Positions 29,197-38,663 of a stretch of DNA of 55,416 nucleotides are shown here, in pieces. Location: the IMG/VR virus record IMGVR_UViG_3300026762_000001. The stretch is one strand, 5' to 3'. This DNA is from an uncultured virus (IMG/VR IMGVR_UViG_3300026762_000001) (taxonomy: Fuselloviridae). Every line of letters begins with the position of its first letter. Within the stretch, counting starts at the first letter, position 1. The position numbers and the translations under genes are program-made. A model generated the notes under the pieces. The model made no database searches and was not told the DNA's origin. It saw nothing but the letters and a program-made list of their open reading frames with translations.

Positions 29197-29856
29197 TCAG
29201 GTCAAACCATACATTCGTTTAATTTTTAGTGCTATACGATCATATTCTTCTTTGCTGAAATTAGGTGGCAAAAGGCCGTGTTTTTTGGCTAATTCAATTG
29301 CTTCCTTTGTCTTTTCTTCCTTCAACTTATCCACAAGCTTACTACTGTCTATTTTCAAATCCAGAATTTTTTCAATGGGCCCATCATAATAACGATACAA
29401 TTCTACACTTTTTCTTATTTTATCGTAATCAGTGTGAATATGCCTAAAGTGTGTTACAATGACCACTTTTTTCGCATTTTCATAATCTATTTCGTCTTTT
29501 AGAACGGCATCCCGTGTATACGAATCCCTTAGTGGTCTAATTTTTGCATTGCATATTGGACAATAAAATGAAATCTTTGAGACCTTTCTTGAACGTTTAT
29601 TATACTCTTTTCTCTTCTTTATCTCGTTTTCGGAATATTTCTCTAACTTTCTAATCTCTTCTAGATGCTGAAGAAGTTCTTCGTTGTTGATTATAAGCGA
29701 CTTCTTAGAACGGTAGTAGGGGTTTGGTACATATTTATAATCTTTTATTATGCACTTTTCAATTGCTTGATCGATTTGATAATCGGTTAAATTATATTTC
29801 TTTTTTATAGTTGATTTGTATGAATATTCATGTTTAATATCTTCTTTTTCGGACAT
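29197..29856 (-). CDS. Basic zinc-finger protein
   Basis: CPIC...HFRHIH; start moved to MSEKE after the promoter cassette. Confidence 0.7.
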   Translation of the reverse strand: MSEKEDIKHEYSYKSTIKKKYNLTDYQIDQAIEKCIIKDYKYVPNPYYRSKKSLIINNEELLQHLEEIRKLEKYSENEIKKRKEYNKRSRKVSKISFYCPICNAKIRPLRDSYTRDAVLKDEIDYENAKKVVIVTHFRHIHTDYDKIRKSVELYRYYDGPIEKILDLKIDSSKLVDKLKEEKTKEAIELAKKHGLLPPNFSKEEYDRIALKIKRMYGLT

Positions 29857-29938
29857 GTTCCCCCCAAGATAGAAAAAGGGGGAAGAGGGGTTTAAAAAGT
29901 TTTCTATGAGAGGGTATAGCTGACCTCCTCCCTGCCCC

Positions 29939-30451
29939 CTAGAAGAGGTGAGGTTTTTTGCCCCCTTTGAACTCCCCATTTTTTGTAAAGAAGGTAAAAA
30001 TACCCGTCACTAATAGTGACGATGCAACATTCTTTATCGCTAACACGTCCTCTGGTTTCAGTTTTTGTAACGCAGTCTTAAATAAGGCAGTTAGTATTTG
30101 CTTAATGTCTAGGTTTGCAGCATCATTCTCGAAAAATTTCTCAACGTCTGAAGGATCCGCCATGGTTAACTGGAAGAGTGGTAAACTTAAAGAGCTTATT
30201 CCTTTGTCTAGGTCGATAGATATGCCTTGCTCTTGCATAACGTTATACCAGACCATATCTACCACGGTCAGAAAGCTGTTTGTAGAACTTATTGCTGCCT
30301 CATTTAAGCTTAGCTCCTGAGAAACGGTAAGGTTCTCGATCATGTCTAAAATGACTATCGATCCTATTGCTAGGTACCACTTTACAAATCCCAACATGGC
30401 GTCCTTAGGCGTTTTTGCGTTACTTATATCTTTGAATATAACCTTTTCCAT
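29939..30451 (-). CDS. Hypothetical protein
   Basis: ORF with GGTGG RBS and TATA box. Confidence 0.7.
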   Translation of the reverse strand: MEKVIFKDISNAKTPKDAMLGFVKWYLAIGSIVILDMIENLTVSQELSLNEAAISSTNSFLTVVDMVWYNVMQEQGISIDLDKGISSLSLPLFQLTMADPSDVEKFFENDAANLDIKQILTALFKTALQKLKPEDVLAIKNVASSLLVTGIFTFFTKNGEFKGGKKPHLF

Positions 30452-30515
30452 TTTTCCACCTGGAGGAAAAATAGCCAGAGGTATTTAAAAAGCTTGCGGT
30501 TCTCCTACCCCGCAT

Positions 30516-30562
30516 CTGACTTCCTCCCAGCCCTGGAAGGGGTGAGGTTTGTCATTTGTTTT
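30516..30562 (-). mobile_element. 47-bp IS605 mini-element
   Basis: Same family; target TGAT. Confidence 0.7.
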
Positions 30563-30586
30563 ATCATCATTTCTCACTTGGAGAAG

Positions 30587-31177
30587 TTAAAAAGAGGGGC
30601 AGATTAATCTTGAGAGAGGATAGGCTAAAATTCCGACCATGCTTAAAGGCCCTACAGTGGTTTGGAACGGTAAGGTTGAAGAACTGGGGGGGTTTAATGT
30701 TACCAGATAATGTACCCTCACTTCTTTGATCCACTTATTAGCGACGTTATCAAATATGTATAAATTATTGTACACGGTTCTATAAAATTCAAACACTTCA
30801 TAAATTGAAGGGACAGTGTAGTTATACAAATATTTCCTATACTTCTGCGAAACTTCAAGACGTCCATCAATAAAGCCGTCGTCATATATCCTAACTCGGA
30901 GATCCCAAATATCATAGAAAAATTTCGTTATAAGAGAATGCTTTTCGCCATCCTCGTGGAAACCAAAGGTTTTCATAGCGTTGACAACTTCCTCGACTTT
31001 GTTTTTAGGTATAAACAATCTCAAGTTGCCCTCTTTTAGTACATAATCTTCTGGAAGAATTGCTGAAGTTCCGTCACAATATAATACATCTCTAGGTAAA
31101 TATATCCCTATCGATGAATCTCTGAGAACGGATACGGCTGGTATGTCGCTTGTTTTATTACCAGAGGAAGGCATCAT
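30587..31177 (-). CDS. Hypothetical protein lying between IS605 end sequences
   Basis: 196-aa ORF with a leaderless-type promoter (AAATTTTTAAG). Confidence 0.7.
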   Translation of the reverse strand: MMPSSGNKTSDIPAVSVLRDSSIGIYLPRDVLYCDGTSAILPEDYVLKEGNLRLFIPKNKVEEVVNAMKTFGFHEDGEKHSLITKFFYDIWDLRVRIYDDGFIDGRLEVSQKYRKYLYNYTVPSIYEVFEFYRTVYNNLYIFDNVANKWIKEVRVHYLVTLNPPSSSTLPFQTTVGPLSMVGILAYPLSRLICPSF

Positions 31178-31229
31178 AAATAAAAATAGTTATTTAGGCT
31201 TAAAAATTTTACTCCGCAGGGACGAGGTT

Positions 31230-31812
31230 TTACGTTCCCTTAACCCCAATTTTTTGTAAAAGAATTTTGAGTACTTCATTTACGTGGCTTACGTCGGTAA
31301 ATATCCTCACTTTTGATGCACATATTGCCGTCAGTAGATCGTAAAATATTTTGACATTAGATGCTGTGTTTGTTTCTACTGTCAGAGGCACTTTACAAAG
31401 TTGGGGGTTAAGGGGGCGGAAAGCCTCGCCAGGGGGATGGATAGCCCCCTTACAGAAAGTTTAAATACCTCTTTGCCAAAATTTCTATTAATGGCAGTCA
31501 CTGACGGAGCAAGCGTCACCGAGACGCCTCGGTTAAAGCGAGGGTCTATGTGGTACGCCTCTGCTCCATCAAACGGCCCCATAAGGGGACACAGCACGTT
31601 AACACCAGTGCTCGGGGTGGGAGCCACCCTTAGTGCCTGTGGAGCTTCGCCCTCTACCCGTAGCAAAGAGCTACGGGCAAGGAGGAGTTATGAAGCAGGA
31701 AGCTCCGCCCTTCAAGGCGGGGCAGCTCACAGCATGCTTCTTCATCATAATTGTCTATGCATAGATCTTCATACAATTTTTCATGTCTTTTTGACCACTT
31801 AGTTTTCTTCAT
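31230..31812 (-). pseudogene. ~82-aa gene interrupted by a type 1 MITE
   Basis: Removing 31397-31730 gives a continuous frame [36 protein letters not shown]...NEVLKILLQ; GGTGA RBS present. Confidence 0.65.
31397..31730 (+). mobile_element. IS200/IS605-derived MITE, type 1 (334 bp)
   Basis: TTAC|AAAGTTGGGGGTTAAG...GCTCAC; inverted near-copy of 22631-22965. Confidence 0.85.
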
Positions 31813-31822
31813 TATCGTTCAC

Positions 31823-32140
31823 CTAATGGTTAATATTCCAGATCAGTAACGCTATTAATTTCAGAATTTCTTCCTTTGCACCTTCTGCTAGCTTCTCATT
31901 TTGTGTAAACTTGTATACATTATATAGTTTCTCAATATTTTTTAGAATATTGTGAACAGTATATTCTTCAGGGCTTAAGCGTTGATAATTGATTTCACCT
32001 TCACTCAAAATTCTCATATCCTTTATTCTCACGTACAACTTATGATGTTCGTTATATTTATCTATCACTTTAACTGTTTGGATAAAAAAATTCAAATCGA
32101 TTTCTTCTTCCAACAGTTCTTTGGTTTGGTCTTCAGCCAT
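31823..32140 (-). CDS. Hypothetical protein
   Basis: ORF with an upstream TATA box (TTTATA). Confidence 0.7.
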   Translation of the reverse strand: MAEDQTKELLEEEIDLNFFIQTVKVIDKYNEHHKLYVRIKDMRILSEGEINYQRLSPEEYTVHNILKNIEKLYNVYKFTQNEKLAEGAKEEILKLIALLIWNINH

Positions 32141-32187
32141 TTTTGATCAAGATATTCATCTATCAATACGGTATATAAATTTTTCTA

Positions 32188-33357
32188 TCAGAGATTGGAA
32201 AAGTGTGAGAGGAACTCGTCTGATTTCAGTATCGACTCAATAATCTCATCTAAAGTCTTTTCATAAAAAGCTTTTGAATATGACTCTAACCCGCTTGGAT
32301 CTGGATCTCTATGCAGAATAACATTGTATAAATCTTTAATCTCGAAATAAACGGGATTTTCAAGTATCCAAGTTTTTTCATATTTGAAGGGTAGTACAGA
32401 CCTCGTCGCATACTGAATATACATATAAATGTCAAACGTCTCTGACGACCATTCATGTCCAGTATCTCCAGCGTTCATGTAAAACCATAATAAAATTGGA
32501 GTTAAGTCTTCTAATTTTCTTACGTCATGCCAATTCATAGACGGGAACATTTGTTTCATCTCTACATAATGCGGGTTCTTATCACCAAGGTTAACCCCAC
32601 TCCCACCCTCTACATAATTCCTGAACCCATCTCTATGTACCTCCCATAATGCCTTAATATGATAGTAAGGGTAATTTAAAGGTGTACTTTTGACGCCTAC
32701 TAATGCTTCATGAACCGTGCCTTCATACCTAACCTGGTCTAAGATTGGAAATATATTCAATTTCTTAAAGTCGAACTGCCTAAAGAACGCATATTCTGTA
32801 ATTCCTAAAGCTTCTACTAATTTCTTAACTTCATCTGGTGGTTCCTCTCCACCACTTACCTTTTCTTCTAAATACCCGTTATCGCCAAAATAATACGTGA
32901 AAACAGGGTCAACATGTATTCTGTATCCTATCCTTATATCATGAGAAGGGGTTGCATAACCAGTTGTTACATCATCGCCGAGCTTACTATAAAATTCCAG
33001 AAGTTGTCTGGATGGAAACTCATCACTGTCCATTACTAGGCACCATTGAACTCCTCCCTCCTTTTTTAAATAGTCGATGTATACGTTTCTTTGGCATACA
33101 TGACAGTTGTCCCATTTTCTCGTTAGTATTACTATATCTCTGTTTGTAAATTGGGAGAGATATTGTTTAGTGTCTGGAGGAAAAGTACCGTCGTCTACTA
33201 AAACGAATCTATCAACATAAGGAGATGCCAGTTTTAGATGAACTGGTAGCCAAGTTTTTACAAACCTACCTTCTGTTATCATACAGTAGCTTTTCAACTT
33301 CTTTTCCTCATGTTTGTTGTGCTTGTTGTTGTTGCTTACTTGTAGATAATAGTTCAC
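32188..33357 (-). CDS. GT-A (family 2-like) glycosyltransferase with C-terminal DUF4214-like motif
   Basis: VLVDDG, LVMDSDE and YEGTVHE motifs; C-terminal LYNVILHRDPDPSGLESY. Confidence 0.75.
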   Translation of the reverse strand: MNYYLQVSNNNKHNKHEEKKLKSYCMITEGRFVKTWLPVHLKLASPYVDRFVLVDDGTFPPDTKQYLSQFTNRDIVILTRKWDNCHVCQRNVYIDYLKKEGGVQWCLVMDSDEFPSRQLLEFYSKLGDDVTTGYATPSHDIRIGYRIHVDPVFTYYFGDNGYLEEKVSGGEEPPDEVKKLVEALGITEYAFFRQFDFKKLNIFPILDQVRYEGTVHEALVGVKSTPLNYPYYHIKALWEVHRDGFRNYVEGGSGVNLGDKNPHYVEMKQMFPSMNWHDVRKLEDLTPILLWFYMNAGDTGHEWSSETFDIYMYIQYATRSVLPFKYEKTWILENPVYFEIKDLYNVILHRDPDPSGLESYSKAFYEKTLDEIIESILKSDEFLSHFSNL

Positions 33358-33682
33358 CTACTCTTTTGAAAACTTCACCTATAGCGTTAGGATCTAAAGA
33401 ACTGAGTGCTTTCATAAATGAAAATATCATATTTATGATGTCAGCAGAACCAGAACCAGATGTTTTGGTAAGTTTTTCTGACATACTCATCATTCTGTCT
33501 AATAAGTCGAAGATGTCTTCTGGAGGCTTTGGATTCAACGTTGCAATAACCTTTCTAAAATGTTGATATTCTTGCTCTTTTATTGTTTCAAATTGATGAC
33601 GCATCTGCTGATACTCATCCCATGTCAAAACAGGCACTTGCTCTTCTTGTTGTTGTGACTTTTTAACTGGAACAGTGACCAT
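33308..33682 (-). CDS. Hypothetical protein
   Basis: ORF; start moved to MVTVPV. Confidence 0.65.
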   Translation of the reverse strand: MVTVPVKKSQQQEEQVPVLTWDEYQQMRHQFETIKEQEYQHFRKVIATLNPKPPEDIFDLLDRMMSMSEKLTKTSGSGSADIINMIFSFMKALSSLDPNAIGEVFKRVGELLSTSKQQQQAQQT

Positions 33683-33711
33683 GAATATAAATAAATCTTT
33701 GAGGTTAAAAA

Positions 33712-33857
33712 CCCGCACTTCTATAGAACTGCAGTGCTTCTTGAACTTTTTCTTTAAGATGTTCTATCCCACGCACTTCTATAGAGTTGCAGCTGCGTAT
33801 AAGTTCCTGGGTGTTATGAAATGGGATCCGATTTCACGCACTTCTATAGAGTTGCAG
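33712..33857. CRISPR. CRISPR-like mini-array with 3 repeats (23 bp) and 2 spacers (35 and 42 nt); no cas genes
   Basis: C(C/A)CGCACTTCTATAGA(AC/GT)TGCAG at 33712, 33770 and 33835; inverted partial copy at ~33888-33910. Confidence 0.55.
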
Positions 33858-33881
33858 CGATATTGTAGATGTAGATGAGAT

Positions 33882-34682
33882 TTATGAAGAAAACGCTTTA
33901 GAAGTGCGGGTATTTGTTTGTAGCAAATATTTTAGATATTCCTCAGGGTTTCCGATATCATAATAATTATTTACTCTGAAGACTCTTATTTTCCTTTCTT
34001 TTGCCATTCTTGATATTGCTGGTGTTAATTGGATCTCGTCATTTTTATCTGGTTTTTCTTCTTTTAGATAATCATAAATTTCCGTCTCTAACATGGCATA
34101 TCCGAGGAAAATCTTGTTCGATTTTGGATTTTGTGGTTTCTCTTCAATTTTCTCTAAATACTTATCTCCATACACAACGCCGTATTTTTGTGGCTCTGAT
34201 GAAAATGATGCCAGTATGAAATTTTCACCCTTTAACGTAATTGTATCATATAAAATGACATCTGGGGCTGCAATGAAAATGTAATCAGACTCAACGTACT
34301 TTTCAGTAGATAGTACTGCTCCCCCGAATCCATTAGGTGTAGTTGGAACGAAATATATTATCGAATCATCAACTTTACTGAAAAATTTCTCTAACATCAT
34401 TTCCTCCTTTATTTTATTTTTCCTTTTAAGTAACTCCAAGAATTGTTCATCTCTACTGAAATGAGACATAATGACTTCTTTGTTTTTCCTTATAACGATT
34501 ATGAATCTCCTGATCCCTAAATCATAAAGGTATTCAAAAACGTACTGTATTGCTGGAATTGGAACACCGTTGACTAAAATTGGAAGCATCTCTTTTGGAA
34601 GTGTATATGACCAGGGCAAAAACCTAGTCGCGTAACCAGCTGCTGTTAATACAGCCGTTATCTTATTCATGCTCCAACCCAC
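33882..34682 (-). CDS. Sugar-1-phosphate nucleotidyltransferase (GalU/RmlA-like)
   Basis: AAGYATRFLP...PKEMLPI, GFGGAV, YGVV, IEEKP, EIQLT and YYDIG motifs. Confidence 0.9.
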   Translation of the reverse strand: MGWSMNKITAVLTAAGYATRFLPWSYTLPKEMLPILVNGVPIPAIQYVFEYLYDLGIRRFIIVIRKNKEVIMSHFSRDEQFLELLKRKNKIKEEMMLEKFFSKVDDSIIYFVPTTPNGFGGAVLSTEKYVESDYIFIAAPDVILYDTITLKGENFILASFSSEPQKYGVVYGDKYLEKIEEKPQNPKSNKIFLGYAMLETEIYDYLKEEKPDKNDEIQLTPAISRMAKERKIRVFRVNNYYDIGNPEEYLKYLLQTNTRTSKAFSS

Positions 34683-35587
34683 CTGGAAAGAATTAGATCC
34701 CTTATCAACTCATGCGGTTTGTTAACCTCACGAATATATGTCTCTATTCCTGCTTGGTCTACTGGTCTACCAAAAACGTGCATATATATTCTGTTAAGCT
34801 TAGCGAGGTCATCTAAATTAATGTTTCTGTGAGATGCGTAGTAATAGGGGAGAAATGAGTCGTAGTAATGTACCTTGTTGTATATTTCGTTTGCAATTTT
34901 CTCAAAGAGTGGAGGATCTAGATAACATTCATTAGGATAACTTTCAAAGAAATAGTAGTAAAACCCTCTTCCGTTATCACATGAAGTGTGTGATTCTGCC
35001 CACTTCTTAAGCTCTTCTGAAGGTGAAGATACTATCTTATAAAACTTTGGAACCGTAACATTTCCTATAATTTGTCTTAATTTAAACCAATCCTTGTCAT
35101 AAGCTCCGCCGAAATAATACGTTCTGGCGAGCGATAACATGTATTGTCTTTCCGTCTTATTGTTCTCTATTTCTATATCATCGTCATAAATTCTGGGGAA
35201 TTTATGAGGGAAGAAGTCATCACCAGTATCTATGTAGAGGACTTCATGGTCAGCACCGATGTACTTAAGTTTTGAAGGATATATTATAAGTTTCCAACCA
35301 TACCATCTATACTTACCTACATTATTGATTATTTTAGCGAAGATTAAATCATATTTAAGTAAATCTCTTTTAATACTCACTATCGCTTTTTCTGGATTTA
35401 CTAATCTCTCGTCAGTATCAAATCTCATAATGTACTTTTCCGACGACATTGAACTACAGTAGTTTCTAGCCCACGAAAAGGATGGGAAATCTAGAGAGAG
35501 TATAATCACACGGAAATATCTCTTGAGAAACTCTATAGATTCAGATGTGAAATTGGGGTCGTTAGACAAAACGCACACGTCAAGCAT
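34667..35587 (-). CDS. GT-A glycosyltransferase-like protein with C-terminal DUF4214-like motif
   Basis: FSWARN, RFDTDE and YIGADHE motifs. Confidence 0.7.
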   Translation of the reverse strand: MLDVCVLSNDPNFTSESIEFLKRYFRVIILSLDFPSFSWARNYCSSMSSEKYIMRFDTDERLVNPEKAIVSIKRDLLKYDLIFAKIINNVGKYRWYGWKLIIYPSKLKYIGADHEVLYIDTGDDFFPHKFPRIYDDDIEIENNKTERQYMLSLARTYYFGGAYDKDWFKLRQIIGNVTVPKFYKIVSSPSEELKKWAESHTSCDNGRGFYYYFFESYPNECYLDPPLFEKIANEIYNKVHYYDSFLPYYYASHRNINLDDLAKLNRIYMHVFGRPVDQAGIETYIREVNKPHELIRDLILSRWVGA

Positions 35588-35596
35588 AAAACTCCC

Positions 35597-36238
35597 TCAT
35601 TTTGGCTTTTCAGCTAGAACTAACATAGATCGTTTCACTCTACTTTGAATGTAAGACTTCATCTTGTTTGTATATATGAACTGACAAATCTCATCTAGTT
35701 TTCTAACTATGACGCCTATTGCATCGAACATATCTGGGTCAACTATATAACATGATCTGTAATTTTTATTAATCTCGTATAAGTTTTCAACAACATTTAT
35801 AGAGTTCATTTTAAGCAACTGTCGTAATTCAGCGGATGTCGTATAAACATCTATGTCATTTCTTGGAGTAATCATTCTGTTGGTAACCACAAGAGAACCA
35901 GGTTCGAAATTATAAGGATAAATTACATCCGAGTAACTATCTTTCATATATAGCTTAAACATCGCCAACTCGTTAAGTTCTTTATACACTACGGTATCTT
36001 TTATACTGTTAAGGAAGTCCCATAATGCTAGATTTGCAGATTCCTTAAATAATTGCCTTTTTTGTTTGTTTTCGTCTGAGGTATAGAGGATAAAAACCAG
36101 TTGAGGAATATTGAGTTCACCTTTTCTTAATTTTTCTGCATAATTTGATAAACCTTCTGGATCTGGGTCTCTTTTCAAAATAACTCTATATAAAAATGTA
36201 ACAATGTCCTCCTCCTTTTGAGGAAGCTGTATAGCCAT
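35597..36238 (-). CDS. Protein with N-terminal DUF4214-like motif
   Basis: LYRVILKRDPDPEGLSNY...SDE. Confidence 0.7.
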   Translation of the reverse strand: MAIQLPQKEEDIVTFLYRVILKRDPDPEGLSNYAEKLRKGELNIPQLVFILYTSDENKQKRQLFKESANLALWDFLNSIKDTVVYKELNELAMFKLYMKDSYSDVIYPYNFEPGSLVVTNRMITPRNDIDVYTTSAELRQLLKMNSINVVENLYEINKNYRSCYIVDPDMFDAIGVIVRKLDEICQFIYTNKMKSYIQSRVKRSMLVLAEKPK

Positions 36239-36261
36239 ATGTTAAAAGTTAAAAACTATGC

Positions 36262-36424
36262 TTAAAAAGTTTTCGATTGAACGAAATTGTAAGGATATAA
36301 CGTGATATACTGGTGTATATTTGAATATAACGAGATATACCGAGTTATATTCTGGTATACCTGAATATAACGCAGTATACTGGTGTATATTTGAATATAA
36401 CGGGCTAAAAAGAAAGATTTAAAA
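36262..36424. repeat. Phased-decamer cassette, copy 1
   Basis: 11 consecutive TATA-N6 decamers at 36296-36405. Confidence 0.9.
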
Positions 36425-36739
36425 AGAACTTGTAATGTATGAGCCGAGCATTTTATACCTAAATAATGAAAGTCGGGTATGATTGGGGTCATCACCTAAA
36501 GAATAAAGAAAGTGTGCTAGCCTATTAACGTCTCCATCATAAAGTAACTCTATGTAAATATGAACGTGGTTGTTTTTACTCCTCTCTTCTTTCAATGAGA
36601 GTATTTTATAGTTGAAAAGTTTCGCCATCATATTTATATGTTCCATAATGAAATTACGCATGTCCATATAAAATTCGTCATAATCGTAATCAAGATCAAG
36701 CAACAACTTGAATCTAACTGATTGGGACACATTCCTCAC
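36419..36739 (-). CDS. Hypothetical protein containing an HUH-like HVHIY motif
   Basis: ORF with ERSKNNHVHIYI and LGDD. Confidence 0.55.
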   Translation of the reverse strand: MRNVSQSVRFKLLLDLDYDYDEFYMDMRNFIMEHINMMAKLFNYKILSLKEERSKNNHVHIYIELLYDGDVNRLAHFLYSLGDDPNHTRLSLFRYKMLGSYITSSF

Positions 36740-37301
36740 CCTCGATAACCCTCATTTCTGGATATAGTTCATGTATACCCCCTAAGCATAATACCCCTTG
36801 CGGCGAAGGGATTGGTCTCCTATAAGATACGATAGTGTCATCTTTGCATGAGAGAAAGATTGCAGCACCGCCTCCTTCACAACAATACTCTAAACGATCG
36901 CCAACGTTTATAGTTTTAAAGTATTCATCTATCGCTTCTCTTACTTTATTCTCCGCATCAGTGATATTTGAGTTGATATAGTTTATAAATAAATCTATAG
37001 AACTAATTTGACTCCACTCGTCTTCAGATTTCCTCACACATTCAACCGTATAAATGTCTATGTTCCTCGTATGTTTCCTTTGCTCACTGTCATACAGATA
37101 GTTACATTCTGCACATAAGTAGAATTCATGAATCATTCTACCAAATTGTGGATATGGTTTTCTATAGAACTCTTGCACAAATATCCTACCTCTTCTAACA
37201 TATACAATATACTCCTTGGTTTCATTGCCACAGAATATATCTAGGAAAAGTGCTCTTTGTGTTCTACTATAAGTATAAAGCGTGGACTGTCTACATTCCA
37301 T
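36714..37301 (-). CDS. Cys-rich hypothetical protein
   Basis: ORF with GGTGGG RBS and TATA box. Confidence 0.7.
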   Translation of the reverse strand: MECRQSTLYTYSRTQRALFLDIFCGNETKEYIVYVRRGRIFVQEFYRKPYPQFGRMIHEFYLCAECNYLYDSEQRKHTRNIDIYTVECVRKSEDEWSQISSIDLFINYINSNITDAENKVREAIDEYFKTINVGDRLEYCCEGGGAAIFLSCKDDTIVSYRRPIPSPQGVLCLGGIHELYPEMRVIEGEECVPIS

Positions 37302-37336
37302 TTTCCCACCTTTAGATATACTAAAAAAGTAGGGGT

Positions 37337-37499
37337 TTAAAAAGTTTTTGTTTGAACGAAATTGTAAGGATATAACGCAGTATACTGGTGTATATTTGAA
37401 TATAACGAGATATACCGAGTTATATTCTGGTATACCTGAATATAACGCAGTATACTGGTGTATATTTGAATATAATGGGCTAAAAAGAAAGATTTAAAT
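37337..37499. repeat. Phased-decamer cassette, copy 2
   Basis: Decamers at 37371-37480. Confidence 0.9.
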
Positions 37500-37521
37500 A
37501 TAACACATCGATATTTAACAT

Positions 37522-38028
37522 ATGCGAAAAACAACAATTAGAATAAGCGAGGAAACAAAAAAGATCTTAGATGAATTGAAAATGCATCCACGTGAGACAT
37601 ATGATGATGTGCTTAGACGACTATTACAGAAAAAGGGGGTTGAAGAGGAAGAAAGTCCTCAGAGTAAAGAGGGGTCAGAGACTAATGATAAAAAAGTTAA
37701 GAAAACAGCAATAGATATAGTCAAGGAAAGAGGCTTTTTAGTAGAATCGAAAATGAACCTGCGTAACGCTGACGCGTTTTTCAGTAAACTCGAAAGAGAA
37801 GGAGCAAAAATAATTGAAACAGACAATGATGGAAGAATAGCAATAGATAGCAATTTTTATGAAAAATTTTTGAAAGAGTTAGACAAAGTAGACTATACAG
37901 ATGAAAAAAAGGTAGTTGAAACATTAAATAAAGCAGATAAAAGATTCGTAGAGTTATTCAAAATATTGAGAAATAATGCCATATTATATTTTGATGCAAA
38001 TGAAAGAAAATGGAAAGAAGTACTTTGA
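37522..38028 (+). CDS. Ribbon-helix-helix DNA-binding protein with a C-terminal domain
   Basis: KTTIRISEETKKILDELK...ETYDDVLRRLL. Confidence 0.75.
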   Translation: MRKTTIRISEETKKILDELKMHPRETYDDVLRRLLQKKGVEEEESPQSKEGSETNDKKVKKTAIDIVKERGFLVESKMNLRNADAFFSKLEREGAKIIETDNDGRIAIDSNFYEKFLKELDKVDYTDEKKVVETLNKADKRFVELFKILRNNAILYFDANERKWKEVL

Positions 38029-38055
38029 AAATTCTGACCTCCTCCCTGCTCTAAA

Positions 38056-38218
38056 TTAAAAAGTTTTTGTTTGAACGAAATTGTAAGGATATAACGCAGT
38101 ATACTGGTGTATATTTGAATATAACGAGATATACCGAGTTATATTCTGGTATACCTGAATATAACGCAGTATACTGGTGTATATTTGAATATAATGGGCT
38201 AAAAAGAAAGATTTAAAA
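38056..38218. repeat. Phased-decamer cassette, copy 3
   Basis: Decamers at 38090-38199; identical to copy 2. Confidence 0.9.
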
Positions 38219-38226
38219 ACAACTTT

Positions 38227-38502
38227 TCAAGAATTCACGTGCATATACAGGTATAGAATACCGACTATTAATAGTATGAAACCTATGATGAACGAGAGTG
38301 TTGCAAATCCTACTGTTGAGAATAATGAAAGGATGAAGAATGATGATACTGAAACGAGCACTTCAACAGACCATGCTAATCCATGAACTATTATTGAATA
38401 TTGGTTTTTGCTACTAAGAGCAGCACGCTGAGTAAATATAGCTAAAACACCGAAGATTAGTTCTACTAAGATGATATACGTAGACACTATTGCAGACAAC
38501 AT
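38227..38502 (-). CDS. Small membrane protein
   Basis: About three hydrophobic segments. Confidence 0.65.
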   Translation of the reverse strand: MLSAIVSTYIILVELIFGVLAIFTQRAALSSKNQYSIIVHGLAWSVEVLVSVSSFFILSLFSTVGFATLSFIIGFILLIVGILYLYMHVNS

Positions 38503-38663
38503 TCATATCACCTATTATGCTATTTAAAAAGAAAAGAAAAAAAGCTTTCTATGAAATACGTTGAACTGAAAGGAATTTAATTATATTTCTTTCACGTTCT
38601 CTTAGAATTATTCTACTCTCATAACCCCACATTTTATATTTTTTTACGGAAAAGTTAATAGAA

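Noticed and set aside
36262..37537. ORFs 36262-36495 and 37337-37537
   Set aside because: They are translations of the decamer repeat cassette.
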